Below, piece after piece: positions 16,572 through 26,848 of a stretch of DNA of 64,000 nt. Position numbers and translations under genes: made by a program. Below the pieces are notes generated by a model. That model did no database searches. It had not been told where the DNA came from and was given only the letters and a program-made list of their open reading frames with translations. Each line of letters opens with the position of its first letter. Within the stretch, counting starts at the first letter, position 1. This DNA comes from an uncultured bacterium (GTDB lineage Bacteria; Fidelibacterota; Marinisomatia; Marinisomatales; TCS56): assembly GCA_964628055.1 (NCBI GenBank), contig CAZVNL010000004.1, positions 7,209 to 71,208 of the forward strand, in the 5' to 3' direction.

Positions 16572-18355
16572 AAAGTTACCTCCTCCACTGTTTGAACGGC
16601 AATGGCGATGGAGTTTGGACCGGCATGGACCCCCAGGGCAGGCCCCACTTCGGTGAGGTACACGTTATCCGCGCCGACGATAGATTCCATAGCGGTGGCC
16701 ACTTCCTGAGCTTTATCTAAACATTGGGCATGGCCGACAGCAATGCGTACTTTTTTATCTTTTGGAATGCGCTTCAATACAAACTGTACAAACTTTTCGT
16801 GCTTCTTTTTTCCACCCCACAGGTACTTAACGGTTTTTACTCCCTGTTGCGCGACGGTTAAAATAGGGTGAATTCGGAAAAATTCCGCCACTATTTGTTT
16901 GGACCGGGAGATGCGTCCCCCTTTAACTAAGTATGAAAGGGTGTCCAGGCTGATGTACAACTTGGTCTGTTTCACGGCTTCTTTCGTGGTGGCTAATACC
17001 TCGGCAAACTTTTTCCCGGCCTGCACTGCTTCCGCGGCCCGGATAGCCACCAATCCCATCCCGATGGAAACGTTTTGGGAATCCACCACCGCGGCGGTGA
17101 AATTATCTAACGAACGGAGTGCCGTCCGCGCCGACTGACATGTGCCGCTGACGCTCTCCGGCAGGTGAATGGAGATGGCGTACCGGTAGTGGCTGGCCAG
17201 GAATTGGTACTGGCGGAGAAAGTCCCCCGGGGGCGGCTGGGAAGTTTGCGGGTGTATGGGATTGGTAACCAACTCCCGCCAGAACTCCTTACCGTTAATG
17301 GTCATTTTGTCAATGTAATGTTGCGGGCCGAAGTTCAAGCGCACCGGAATGACGTGAATGTTCAAGCGTTCCAGCACCGCATCCGGTAAGTCGCAACCGG
17401 AATCCACCACCACAGCAATGTCCCGGACTACGCGTCGGGCATCCTTCGCCTGGCGGTACATGTCATCGGCTTTTTCGTCGCTAATGGTACCGTACTGTTG
17501 GCAAATATTCAACACGGCCCGCGGATCATTGGTGTGGATATGAACGCGAACCTTGTTGGCCAGCCCGGCCACCACGATGCTGTTGCCTAAAGCGGCTAAA
17601 GAGCGCTGGATTTCCCGACGGTTGATCTTTTCCCCCCTTACCACGCACTCCATACAGAATTGGTACCGTTCCCCGTCAGTGGTCGTCTCGGGGATTTGTT
17701 TCGTTTCCGGGGAGGTGAGGGTAACGAGTTGAGTCGTGCCTTCACGGATGTAATCCTGAATCCCCCGCAGGAGGTCCACGAACCCCTGTCCCCCTGCGTC
17801 CACGACCCCGGCCTTGGCCAGGACACTTAACTTTTGAGGCGTCTCTAATAGGGCCTTCTGGGCAGACTCCAGGGCTTCCTGTAACAGGATTTTGAAGTCC
17901 ATTAAGGAATCACACGCTGTTTGTAGGGTTTTTACCCATTGGGAAATAACGGTGAGGATGGTTCCTTCTTGGGGTTGGACGAGGGCTTCGTAGGCTAAGG
18001 TTCGGGCAGTCTCCATGGCGGCTGCAAAGCCGTTTGTGTTTAACTGTTCCTGGTTGTTCACCCCTTTGGCAAAGCCCACTAAAAATTGCGCCAGGATTGC
18101 CCCCGAATTCCCCCGCGCCCCGTCCAAGGCAGCCGTAGCGAGGGTGGTGGACATGACACTTAGATCAGGGCTTACTTCTTGTTGAATTCGTTTTTTAATG
18201 GCCATGAGGGTATAGGCCAGGTTGGTCCCCGTGTCGCCATCGGGAACAGGAAAGACGTTGATTTTATTTAAATAATCTTCGCGGGCGAGTACCCGGTGCA
18301 ACCCCGCCTGGAAAGTCCGATAGAGGCGGATTCCGTCAAGATATTGAATGGCCAT
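16568..18355 (-). CDS. fusion protein: FakA-like Dak2 kinase plus middle domains (aa 1-310) joined to a DegV/FakB fatty-acid-binding domain (aa 311-595)
   Basis: The N-terminus has VFPVPDGDTGTNL, GARGNSGAILAQF and VVDAGGQGF (Dak2/DhaL). The middle region YQFCMECVV...VRVHIHTNDPRAVLNICQQYG resembles the YloV middle domain. The C-terminus has IAVVVDSGCDLP, HPQTSQPPPGDF, SIHLPESVSGTCQSA, LSYLVKGGRISRS and GPALGVHAGPNSIAIAV (DegV). Confidence 0.8.
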   Translation of the reverse strand: MAIQYLDGIRLYRTFQAGLHRVLAREDYLNKINVFPVPDGDTGTNLAYTLMAIKKRIQQEVSPDLSVMSTTLATAALDGARGNSGAILAQFLVGFAKGVNNQEQLNTNGFAAAMETARTLAYEALVQPQEGTILTVISQWVKTLQTACDSLMDFKILLQEALESAQKALLETPQKLSVLAKAGVVDAGGQGFVDLLRGIQDYIREGTTQLVTLTSPETKQIPETTTDGERYQFCMECVVRGEKINRREIQRSLAALGNSIVVAGLANKVRVHIHTNDPRAVLNICQQYGTISDEKADDMYRQAKDARRVVRDIAVVVDSGCDLPDAVLERLNIHVIPVRLNFGPQHYIDKMTINGKEFWRELVTNPIHPQTSQPPPGDFLRQYQFLASHYRYAISIHLPESVSGTCQSARTALRSLDNFTAAVVDSQNVSIGMGLVAIRAAEAVQAGKKFAEVLATTKEAVKQTKLYISLDTLSYLVKGGRISRSKQIVAEFFRIHPILTVAQQGVKTVKYLWGGKKKHEKFVQFVLKRIPKDKKVRIAVGHAQCLDKAQEVATAMESIVGADNVYLTEVGPALGVHAGPNSIAIAVQTVEEVTL

Positions 18356-18397
18356 GGCGGAGAAACGGTAAAATAATAGTCTGGTGGCGCCTCTTAA

Positions 18398-19012
18398 CTA
18401 AGGGTTTGGGGAGACTGATTTTTCCTGTTTTAAGGGATTTTTCGTCGGGGCTAACAGCCCTCCCGAAATGATCGCTTTCAGTCCTTCTTCCACGTTGACT
18501 TGGGCCTTGAGGGTATCCTTTTTAGGGACCACAATGAAAAATCCGGAGGTTGGATTGGGCGTGGTGGGCACGAAAACGTGGAAATATTCGGTCCCCTGGT
18601 CATCCTTTGATTCTCCAGTAACGAAGGCCATGGTCCACAGACCCAACCGGGGATACTGAATGTAGATCACCCGCTGAAAATTGCGGGAGGAGGCCGCTCC
18701 TGAAAAGGCGTGGGTAATTTGTTTGATGGCCTTGTAAATGGTGCTAACCAGGGGAATGGAGGTAATAATTTTCTCCGCCCATTGGAAAAGCCGTCTTCCT
18801 AACACGTTAGTTACGAACAGGCCCAGGAAATAAACCATGACTACGGTCAAGATGATCCCCAGGCCGGGAATTTGTACTTTTAGGGCTTTGAGAATGGGAG
18901 CCGTGAGTCTGTCCAATTGGCTTAGGATGACCTTCAGAATCCAAAGGGTCAGGGCCAGGGGAACGATTGCGATCAGGCCGGTAAAAATTGATCGTTTAAA
19001 GTGACTCCACAT
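18398..19012 (-). CDS. DUF502 domain membrane protein
   Basis: 204 aa. The N-terminus FTGLIAIVPLALTLWIL, two TM helices and the segment FVPTTPNPTSGFFIVVPK are typical of DUF502. Confidence 0.8.
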   Translation of the reverse strand: MWSHFKRSIFTGLIAIVPLALTLWILKVILSQLDRLTAPILKALKVQIPGLGIILTVVMVYFLGLFVTNVLGRRLFQWAEKIITSIPLVSTIYKAIKQITHAFSGAASSRNFQRVIYIQYPRLGLWTMAFVTGESKDDQGTEYFHVFVPTTPNPTSGFFIVVPKKDTLKAQVNVEEGLKAIISGGLLAPTKNPLKQEKSVSPNP

Positions 19013-19016
19013 GGAT

Positions 19017-19586
19017 TTAGATGGCGGCGTTCACGCTTGGTTTAAACTTGGGTTTACCCTGCCAGGGAAGGGTTGCTCCCTCTAATTCTAAGAGTGTCAC
19101 CTTGCGGTCCAGACGTCCCCCGTAGCCCCCTAAGCTGCCGTTGTGGCCCACCACCCGATGGCAAGGAATAATGATGGGTATGGGATTGCGGGCGTTGGCG
19201 CTCCCCACGGCGCGTACGGCCAGGGGATTGTTCACCCGTTGGGCAATTTCCTTGTAGGAGGCTGTGTTTCCATACGGAATCTTCCGGACCGCTTCTAAAA
19301 CCTTTTTGTAAAAGGGTGGCACATGGTAGTCCAATGCTAGGCCGAAACGCTTCCGTTCCCCGGCGAAATAGGCCTGGAGCTGGTCGATTGCCAACTGTAA
19401 GCTGGGGTTATCTTCCTGGATGGTTTCTCCCGGGAATTGAGCTTGTAAAGAGGCCGGTAACTGTGGTGTTGCTTCAGGAAAACAGAGTCGGCAGACACCC
19501 CTCTGTGTCCGGGCAATACCCAGGGGCCCAAACGGCGAGGTCAAAGTTGTGTAAGTTATCATGACTCCTGTTTCCATAAAGCGCAC
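19017..19586 (-). CDS. ogt: methylated-DNA--protein-cysteine methyltransferase
   Basis: The active site IIPCHRVVG and the helix-turn-wing segment YGNTASYKEIAQRV are present. The start is uncertain (GTG 19586, ATG 19577 or ATG 19562). Confidence 0.9.
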   Translation of the reverse strand: MRFMETGVMITYTTLTSPFGPLGIARTQRGVCRLCFPEATPQLPASLQAQFPGETIQEDNPSLQLAIDQLQAYFAGERKRFGLALDYHVPPFYKKVLEAVRKIPYGNTASYKEIAQRVNNPLAVRAVGSANARNPIPIIIPCHRVVGHNGSLGGYGGRLDRKVTLLELEGATLPWQGKPKFKPSVNAAI

Positions 19587-19590
19587 GAAT

Positions 19591-20513
19591 TTACGTCTCT
19601 CTTGAATTACAAGGTGAGACTATTTGCAGAAGCCGTGGTACTTGCCGTTTTATATTAATCAAAATCGCTCCTGCGATTACCAGCAGGGAGCCAAGAATGG
19701 CCGGGGGAGTGAGAATTTCTTGTAAGAAAATCCACCCGATGATCGTGGCGATAAGCAGCGGAAAGAGGCCACGTAGGAAATTTACCCCACGGATAGATGC
19801 GAAAAGAGCCACACATAAATCATCCAGTTAACGACTGGGCCCGGAATGGCTAAATAACCAACAGCGAAAATGTTATAGGGACTCTACACCATGGGTTGGT
19901 TCGGTTCTAAGACTACCGATAGCAACAGTAAAGCGACGGCCGCAAGGGTCTGGCTGACGGCGTTTAATTGGATGATGTTCACTTCGTCTTGATATTTTTT
20001 CAGTTGGCCGTTCGGCCAGGCTGAGGAAAGGACCGCTAGGACAACTACCAAGATTCCAATGAAGACCCTTTCGCCACCTAAATGTTGCCCCTGGCTCACA
20101 ATAATGATGACTCCCACCGTTCCCAAAAGAATGCTGATAATCCAGTAAAGGGTTAGCCGTTCGTTGGGAAGTCGGAAATGAGCCAATGCGCCTACCACGA
20201 GGGGAAAACCAGCCCAAATGATCGAAGCCACACTGGAGTAAATGTACTGGGTGGCCCAGTAGGTGAGGGCGTAGGCGATAGTGAAATTAAAGACGGCGAA
20301 TTGGAGGTATATTTGCCAGGCCCGTTTCGTCATGGGTAGGGATTCGTGCTGGAGGAAAAAGATGATTCATAGCACATTCCCGGCCAACAGGAAGCGGAGG
20401 CCAATACCGTAAATGGGTAGCACTCCCTCTGTTAGACTGGTCTTTAAAACGATCCAGGTCGTGCCCCAAATGAGGCACAGGAGCGTATAGCGGAGGGCAA
20501 CTTTATGTTTCAA
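19591..20513 (-). pseudogene. EamA/DMT-family transporter pseudogene (two nonsense codons plus one frameshift)
   Basis: A continuous EamA-like translation runs from TTG 20513. It reads LKHKVALRYTLLCLIWGTTWIV...LLAGNVL, then TGA (20369-20367), then IIFFLQHESLPMTKRAW...EPNQPMV. TAG (19886-19884) follows, then SPYNIFAVGYLAIPGPVVNWMIYV. A frameshift near 19815 leads into ALFASIRGVNFLRGLFPLL...VIAGAILINIKRQ. Confidence 0.8.
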
Positions 20514-20521
20514 GTGGCGGA

Positions 20522-20552
20522 ATAAAAAAACACCCCGTGTGAATGGAGTGTT
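20522..20552 (-). terminator. rho-independent terminator downstream of secF
   Basis: The minus-strand RNA is AACACUCC-AUUCACAC-GGGGUGUU, followed by U7. Confidence 0.75.
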
Positions 20553-20576
20553 TCGGTAAATAATGAGTGTGCAACG

Positions 20577-21509
20577 TTATTTTTTGGTGGCCCGTTTCTG
20601 CAAGAGAACCACCACCGGGCTGGCAATATAAATACTTGAATAGGTCCCCACTACCACACCGATAATCATGGCGAAGGCAAAGTAATGAATGACCTCACCC
20701 CCGAATAGCCACAGAACAAAAACCACAAAGAAAGTAGTTATCGAGGTAATGATAGTACGGCTAAGGGATTCGTTTATACTCCGCTCGATAACATCAGTGT
20801 AAGTAAGCCTTTTCAGGGATTTCACATTTTCCCGAATACGGTCAAAAATAACGATGGTGTCATTCAGCGAATACCCCACGATCGTCAAGAAGGCCGCGAT
20901 GATGGGGAGTGATATTTCGTAGTCCATGATGGAGAAGATGCCCAGGGTGACCAGAACGTCATGCATCAGGGCTACGATGGCTCCCAGGGCAAACTTGAAT
21001 TCAAATCGTACCGAAATGTACAGGAGAATCAACAGCAGAGCGGAGAGGATGGCCATAATGGCCTTGCCGCTAAGTTCCGCGCCGATCTTGGGCCCCACCT
21101 TTTCGAGAGAAAGAAGAAAAAGGGTTTCATCTTCGGGAACCTGGTCAGGGAAGGAATTATACAGGTAGTTTACCACGGCTTGGGGGAAGTTCTCCGGTTC
21201 ATTTTCTAAGTTGGGCAGGCGTACGGAAATGGTATTTAAGACACCGAAATGTTTGATTTCTTCTTTGCTAAAATTGTAATGATTCCCTTCGATTGTCACG
21301 TCGGAGAGGGCCTCGCGGATGTCCGTGATTTCCATATCCCGGGTAAATTGTACGGCGACTAACGTGCCCCCTTTGAAGTCGATGCTGAGTCGCGGGCCGC
21401 CCTGCCAGATTAAGGAGATGATCCCAGCTAAAATCAACACCCCGGAGAGGAAAAACCCGAAGCGAGTGTGATCCATGAATTTGATATTGGTATCTTTGAT
21501 GAGCTTCAT
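20577..21509 (-). CDS. secF: protein translocase subunit SecF
   Basis: 310 aa. The DFKGGT motif, six TM helices and the segment NDTIVIFDRIREN are present. Confidence 0.93.
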   Translation of the reverse strand: MKLIKDTNIKFMDHTRFGFFLSGVLILAGIISLIWQGGPRLSIDFKGGTLVAVQFTRDMEITDIREALSDVTIEGNHYNFSKEEIKHFGVLNTISVRLPNLENEPENFPQAVVNYLYNSFPDQVPEDETLFLLSLEKVGPKIGAELSGKAIMAILSALLLILLYISVRFEFKFALGAIVALMHDVLVTLGIFSIMDYEISLPIIAAFLTIVGYSLNDTIVIFDRIRENVKSLKRLTYTDVIERSINESLSRTIITSITTFFVVFVLWLFGGEVIHYFAFAMIIGVVVGTYSSIYIASPVVVLLQKRATKK

Positions 21510-23440
21510 ATGCTGAGTGTCCGCAATTTACGGTGTTCGGTAATGGTGTTAAAGACGGTGCGGGTTACAAAGACGGCGGTGAACATACTGATGACGATCC
21601 CCCAGAAGAGTACCGTTGCAAACCCCCGAATGGGACCGGTGCCAAATTGGTACAACACTAAGGCAGCTACCAGGGTTGTAAAGTTGGCGTCAATGATCGT
21701 CGTCAGGGCTCGGGCGTACCCGCTTTCAATGGCCGACCGGGGCGTCTTCCCCTTGTTCAGCTCCTCTCGGATGCGTTCAAAAATGATTACATTGGCATCG
21801 ATGGACATACCCGCGGTCAAGATGAGGGCAGCAATGCCGGGAAGGGTGAGGGTAGCTCCTAACATGGCCAGGATGGCAAGAACGAGGATGAGGTTCCAGA
21901 TCAGAGCAAAATCCGCAATAACCCCTGACCACTTGTAATAGATCACCATGAAGAACAAGACTGACACGAGCCCAATAACGACCGAGAAGGTGCCTTTCTT
22001 GATAGAGTCAGCCCCAAGGGAGGGTCCCACAATCCGTTCTTCGATGATTTTTACCGGTGCTGGTAACGCACCAGCCCGCAGCACAATGGCGATATCCTTG
22101 GCTTCCTCCATGTTGGCGAACCCTTCGATCTGGGTGCCGCCCCGGGTGATTTTCTCCCGAATTACCGGCGCCATGTGTACTTTCTTATCGAGAATAATGG
22201 CGATTCTGCGACCCACGTTGGCCCCCGTCACCCGCGCCCAGGTGCGGGAACCCTCGCTATTCATGCTCAACAGAACCACAGGCTGACCGGTGGCACTGCC
22301 CCCTTGGCCACCAATGGTGGCGTTGGCTTTTTCGATTACGCCTCCCGTTAGCTCCGGTTCGCGTTCCAAATAGTAAAGGCGGTAAAGTTTTTCCTCGTTT
22401 CTGGATGGGCCGGTGACCACTTCCGGTTTATCACTGTATAAAAAGCGACCATTATCGGCGTTGATCTTAGCCTGTACTTCCGGGAGGTTGAGGATTTTTT
22501 TGACGGCGTATAAATTCTTTTCGGGGACGCCAATATCGTTGCGTAAAGCCCGCAGCAGAGAGGAGAATGGACGCTCCTCAAACAGTTTTTCATCTACCAC
22601 CACGGAAGTGTCGGTTGTGTCACCAGCGACTTCTGTTTCCCCACTAAATAGCTCACTGATAGAGATGGTTTTATCTTCGCTTACCGGTGTCTCGGTGGGG
22701 GTGGGTGTTTTAGTCGTGTCTTCCGGGCCTGGGGCAGCTTGCGCTACTAAATCCTCAGCGGCTTTGTTGGCGGCCAGGATTTTATCAATACGCAGGAGCA
22801 GATCATTGGTGACGTCGGGACCCTTAACCAGGCCGAATTCCAATAAGGCCGTGCTCTGTAACAAAGCCCGCGCCCGCTCCGGGTCCTGAATGCCCGCTAA
22901 CTCCACGATAATACGCCGATTCCCCTGCTTCTGAATGGTTGGTTCGGAGACGCCGAACTGGTCAATTCGGTTTTGTAAAATCTCTAATACGCGGTTAATG
23001 GCGTCACTGGCCTCATCTTTCAAACGAGTGACGATGGCTTCCACCGTGGCTCCGTAGTCCACGTCGTAATAGCGTGGAAGACGCAAATTCGCTGCCGTGA
23101 CTTCCTGCTCAAATAAGGTGAAGAAGTCTGTTTCCTGGTCCTGTTTCATTTTGGAACGAACCCGTTCCATGAGGGCGTCGAATTTTTGGTCCTTGGTCAC
23201 GGCGAGGTTGGTGACCAACGTGGGAACGTCTACCTCTAAGACGATATAAATCCCCCCTTTTAAGTCCAGACCCTGCCTGATGGTTTTGCTTTCCAGGTCG
23301 GCGAGGGTCCCGGCCTCTCGCATCTGCTCTTTTTTTTCGGGGCTTAAAAGTTGATAGCGAACAGTGGGCCAGATGAGGGATAACGCTACCGCCAGAACAA
23401 CCGAAATAATTATATACCGAGGTGTTTGTTTTTTATTCAT
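21506..23440 (-). CDS. secD: protein translocase subunit SecD
   Basis: 644 aa with motifs GLDLKGGIYIVLEV, ELRAGALPAP-type VLRAGALPAPVKIIEE and DANVIIFERIREE. A low-complexity Thr/Pro/Glu insert lies in the periplasmic head. The gene overlaps secF by 4 nt. Confidence 0.93.
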   Translation of the reverse strand: MNKKQTPRYIIISVVLAVALSLIWPTVRYQLLSPEKKEQMREAGTLADLESKTIRQGLDLKGGIYIVLEVDVPTLVTNLAVTKDQKFDALMERVRSKMKQDQETDFFTLFEQEVTAANLRLPRYYDVDYGATVEAIVTRLKDEASDAINRVLEILQNRIDQFGVSEPTIQKQGNRRIIVELAGIQDPERARALLQSTALLEFGLVKGPDVTNDLLLRIDKILAANKAAEDLVAQAAPGPEDTTKTPTPTETPVSEDKTISISELFSGETEVAGDTTDTSVVVDEKLFEERPFSSLLRALRNDIGVPEKNLYAVKKILNLPEVQAKINADNGRFLYSDKPEVVTGPSRNEEKLYRLYYLEREPELTGGVIEKANATIGGQGGSATGQPVVLLSMNSEGSRTWARVTGANVGRRIAIILDKKVHMAPVIREKITRGGTQIEGFANMEEAKDIAIVLRAGALPAPVKIIEERIVGPSLGADSIKKGTFSVVIGLVSVLFFMVIYYKWSGVIADFALIWNLILVLAILAMLGATLTLPGIAALILTAGMSIDANVIIFERIREELNKGKTPRSAIESGYARALTTIIDANFTTLVAALVLYQFGTGPIRGFATVLFWGIVISMFTAVFVTRTVFNTITEHRKLRTLSI

Positions 23441-23540
23441 AGTTTGGTTTGATCAAAGAGATTCCGTCGAAAAAAGCGGGCGAATTTACCGAGGTGGCTT
23501 TCCAGGAGTCAAACTATATTCCTAAAATGGGGTGATGGGG

Positions 23541-24725
23541 CTAAGATAGGAGGTTTAATTCCCGCCCTACTTTTTTAAAGGCTGTGATAGCCCGGTCCAG
23601 ATGTTCCCGTTCCATGGCTGCGGAAATTTGCACCCGAATGCGAGCCTCTCCTTTGGGAACGACGGGGTAGAAAAAGCCAATCACGTAGATTCCCTCGGCC
23701 AACAGGGCGGCGGCCATTTTTTGGGCCAGGACGGCGTCATACAGCATGATGGGGACGATGGGGTGAATCCCCGGCGTGATGTCGAACCCGGCAGCTGTCA
23801 TCTGTTCCCGAAAATAGCGCGTGTTGACTTCTAATTTATCCCGCAGGTCGGTGGTGGCAGAGAGGAGTTCGAACACCTTAATTCCTGCGGCGACGATGGC
23901 CGGTGCCAGGGTATTGGAGAAGAGATAGGGGCGGGATCGTTGCCGTAAGAGGGCGATGATTTCTCCTCGACCGGTGGTAAAACCACCGGAAGCTCCCCCT
24001 AAAGCCTTGCCCAGGGTGGACGTAATAATATCGACCTGATCCAGGACTTCGTGGTATTCCGCTGATCCGCGCCCGGTCTTACCCACGAATCCGGTGGCGT
24101 GAGAGTCATCCACCATGACCATGGCATCGTATTTACGAGCCAGGGGAATGATCTCATCCAATTTGGCAATATCTCCGTCCATACTGAAAACGCCATCGGT
24201 GGCGATGAGTCGTAGCCGCGCTGAGGAGGCTTTCTCCAGGGCCTTCTCTAAAGCTCCCATATCCCCGTGGGCAAAACGGTAACGATGGGCCTTGCAGAGG
24301 CGAATCCCATCAATGATCGACGCGTGGTTCAAGGCATCACTGATGACGGCGTCCTCCGGCCCTAAGAGTGTTTCAAACAATCCCCCGTTGGCGTCAAAAC
24401 AACTCGTATACAGGATAGCATCATCCGCGCCAAAAAACCGAGCAATGGACTGCTCTAACTGTTTATGCAAATCCTGGGTACCGCAGATAAAACGCACCGA
24501 CGCCAGGCCGAAACCGTACCGGTCCAACGCTTCTTGCGCCGCGGCCTTGATGTACGGGTGATTGGCCAACCCCAGGTAGTTGTTGGCGCAAAAATTCAGC
24601 ACTTCACCCCCTTCCACCGTGGCGATGGCAACCCCCTGGGGTGTGGTGATCGTGCGTTCCTGTTTAAACAGGCCATCTGCCTTGATCTGGTTCAATTCCT
24701 TTTCGTAAATGGTTTTACTGCCCAT
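23541..24725 (-). CDS. kbl: glycine C-acetyltransferase (2-amino-3-ketobutyrate CoA ligase)
   Basis: 394 aa class-II aminotransferase fold, with [22 protein letters not shown] and STLGKALGG (PLP Lys). It is adjacent to tdh. Confidence 0.92.
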   Translation of the reverse strand: MGSKTIYEKELNQIKADGLFKQERTITTPQGVAIATVEGGEVLNFCANNYLGLANHPYIKAAAQEALDRYGFGLASVRFICGTQDLHKQLEQSIARFFGADDAILYTSCFDANGGLFETLLGPEDAVISDALNHASIIDGIRLCKAHRYRFAHGDMGALEKALEKASSARLRLIATDGVFSMDGDIAKLDEIIPLARKYDAMVMVDDSHATGFVGKTGRGSAEYHEVLDQVDIITSTLGKALGGASGGFTTGRGEIIALLRQRSRPYLFSNTLAPAIVAAGIKVFELLSATTDLRDKLEVNTRYFREQMTAAGFDITPGIHPIVPIMLYDAVLAQKMAAALLAEGIYVIGFFYPVVPKGEARIRVQISAAMEREHLDRAITAFKKVGRELNLLS

Positions 24726-24785
24726 AAGTTGTTACTCTTTTGATTGGTTAATTAAAGGTTGTTCCCGCAGGGATCGCGGCTGTAT

Positions 24786-25808
24786 TTACCATTCCAGAAT
24801 GACTTTTCCGCACTGTCCTGATTCCATCACCTCGAATGCGGCCTGGTACTCGTCGATGGGGAAGCGGTGCGTCACCACTTGTGCAAGGTCTAACCCGCTG
24901 CGTAGCATTTGGGTCATCTTATACCAGGTTTCAAACATTTCCCGGCCGTAGATCCCTTTAATGTGAAGCCCTTTGAAAATCACCTGGTTCCAATCGATTT
25001 GGGTATGTTCTGGTAGTAGTCCCAGTAGGGCAATCCGTCCACCATGATACATGGTGCGCAGCATGTCCCGAAACGCGTCAGGACTTCCTGACATTTCCAG
25101 TCCGATATCAAAGCCGTGGGTGATGTTGAGTTCTTTAAAGGTGTCTTCTATTCTTTCCCGGGTGATATTGACGGTCCGCGAGGCGCCCATCTTCCGGGCC
25201 AGGTTGAGTCGATAATCGTTATGATCGGTAATGACCACGTGGCGTGCGCCGACGAATTTACAAATGGCCGTGGCGATGATCCCAATGGGTCCAGCCCCGG
25301 TGATGAGTACGTCTTCCGCCACCATGTCAAAGGAGAGGGCGCAGTGGGTGGCATTCCCGAAAGGGTCAAAAAAGGCGGCAATTTCAGCCGGGATGTCCGG
25401 ATGAACTGGCCACACATTGCGTTCAGGCAGCACTAGGTATTCCGCAAAGGCACCCGCCCGCTGGATGCCAATCCCCACCGCCTGGTGACATAGATGGCGT
25501 TTTCCGGCCCGGCAGTTTCGACAATAACCGCAGGTGATATGCCCTTCACCAGATACGCGTTGGCCCTTCTCATAATGCGTGACGCCGGGTCCCACCTCCA
25601 CGATCTCTCCCATGAACTCATGCCCGATGATTAACGGTGGGTGGATCGTTCTCTGGGCCCATTCATCCCATTGGTAAATGTGTAAATCCGTCCCACAAAT
25701 GGCGGTTTTTTCGATTTTGAGTACTACGTCGTTCGTCCCTATGATTGGGTCAGGTACGGTATCTAATACGATACCCCGGCGGGGTTCTTTTTTTACAAGG
25801 GCTTTCAT
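24786..25808 (-). CDS. tdh: L-threonine 3-dehydrogenase
   Basis: 340 aa zinc-ADH fold, with [32 protein letters not shown] and ITGAGPIGI. Confidence 0.92.
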   Translation of the reverse strand: MKALVKKEPRRGIVLDTVPDPIIGTNDVVLKIEKTAICGTDLHIYQWDEWAQRTIHPPLIIGHEFMGEIVEVGPGVTHYEKGQRVSGEGHITCGYCRNCRAGKRHLCHQAVGIGIQRAGAFAEYLVLPERNVWPVHPDIPAEIAAFFDPFGNATHCALSFDMVAEDVLITGAGPIGIIATAICKFVGARHVVITDHNDYRLNLARKMGASRTVNITRERIEDTFKELNITHGFDIGLEMSGSPDAFRDMLRTMYHGGRIALLGLLPEHTQIDWNQVIFKGLHIKGIYGREMFETWYKMTQMLRSGLDLAQVVTHRFPIDEYQAAFEVMESGQCGKVILEW

Positions 25809-26080
25809 GAAAAGGATTTCAAAACGATTGGTAAAAACTGAACGAATTTACAGGAAAGAAATTTACAGCGCGGGGATCAGGAGCACAATCCAAAACCCAG
25901 GAATTAAGTTCGGAATAATGAAGATCGAAAGTCCGGGGAAAGCTATCGCGATGGAGCGAGTCAGGGTGGTTAAGGCTCTTTACCCTGCCCGGATCCAGTC
26001 GGCATGGAACTTGTTTCCCCTGAACCCGTCCAGTAAATTCCCGGCGCTTAATGGAGCCAAAACAACCCGAATAATTTTCT

Positions 26081-26848
26081 ATGACCAGGATTATTGCCTT
26101 TACCAACCAGAAAGGCGGCGTGGGTAAAACCACCTCCGCCGTCAATGTTGCCGTGAGTCTCGCCGTGACGGAGGTCAAAACCTTGTTGGTGGACTTGGAC
26201 CCCCAGGCTAACGCCACCACAGGGATATCCGAACTCATGGATGGGGTTCCGCCTAAGACCATTTATGATATTCTCATTCGTGGCGCCGATGTCCATGAAG
26301 CGATTGCCGAAACCCAGTTTTCTTACTTTCACGTCATCACTTCCACGCACGACTTGGTCGGGGCGGAAATCGAGTTGGTAAGTATCATGGCCCGGGAATA
26401 CCAGGTACAGAAAACCCTGGCACCAATAACCGATCAATACGACTATATCTTGCTTGATTGCCCCCCATCCCTGGGATTGCTAACTATAAACGCCCTTACC
26501 ACCGCCAATTCCGTTATCATTCCCATCCAGTGTGAGTATTACGCCTTAGAGGGTTTAGGCCAACTGCTGAATACCATTCGCCTGGTACAAAAACATTTAA
26601 ATGCCGATTTAGCTATCGAGGGGGTTCTGTTAACTATGTACGATTCACGGTTAAATCTATCGAAGCAGGTGGCGGAAGAGGTTAAGAGTTATTTCGGAGA
26701 CAAATTGTTCCAAACCATTATTCATCGTAATGTTCGCCTGGGAGAGGCCCCCAGTTTTGGTAAACCGGCCTTGTTGTACGACGCCAACTCCACCGGGGCC
26801 CAGAATTACATGCAGTTAGTAGAGGAGATCTTGGAACGTGGCAACTAA
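26081..26848 (+). CDS. parA: chromosome partitioning ATPase ParA/Soj
   Basis: Deviant Walker A IIAFTNQKGGVGKTTSAV, then LLDCPPSLG, with a ParA-typical C-terminus. Confidence 0.95.
   Translation: MTRIIAFTNQKGGVGKTTSAVNVAVSLAVTEVKTLLVDLDPQANATTGISELMDGVPPKTIYDILIRGADVHEAIAETQFSYFHVITSTHDLVGAEIELVSIMAREYQVQKTLAPITDQYDYILLDCPPSLGLLTINALTTANSVIIPIQCEYYALEGLGQLLNTIRLVQKHLNADLAIEGVLLTMYDSRLNLSKQVAEEVKSYFGDKLFQTIIHRNVRLGEAPSFGKPALLYDANSTGAQNYMQLVEEILERGN

Noticed and set aside
20367-20369. In-frame TGA in the EamA gene as a possible selenocysteine codon
   Set aside because: There is no nearby Cys or redox motif and no downstream hairpin. The gene carries two further inactivating lesions, so it is a pseudogene.
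25845-25868. Direct repeat AATTTACAG (25845-53 and 25860-68) in the tdh-parA intergenic region; also a check for an origin (DnaA boxes) because parAB is adjacent
   Set aside because: A 9-mer repeated once could occur by chance. No TTATCCACA-type DnaA-box cluster, AT-rich DUE or dnaA gene is present in the 272-bp region.
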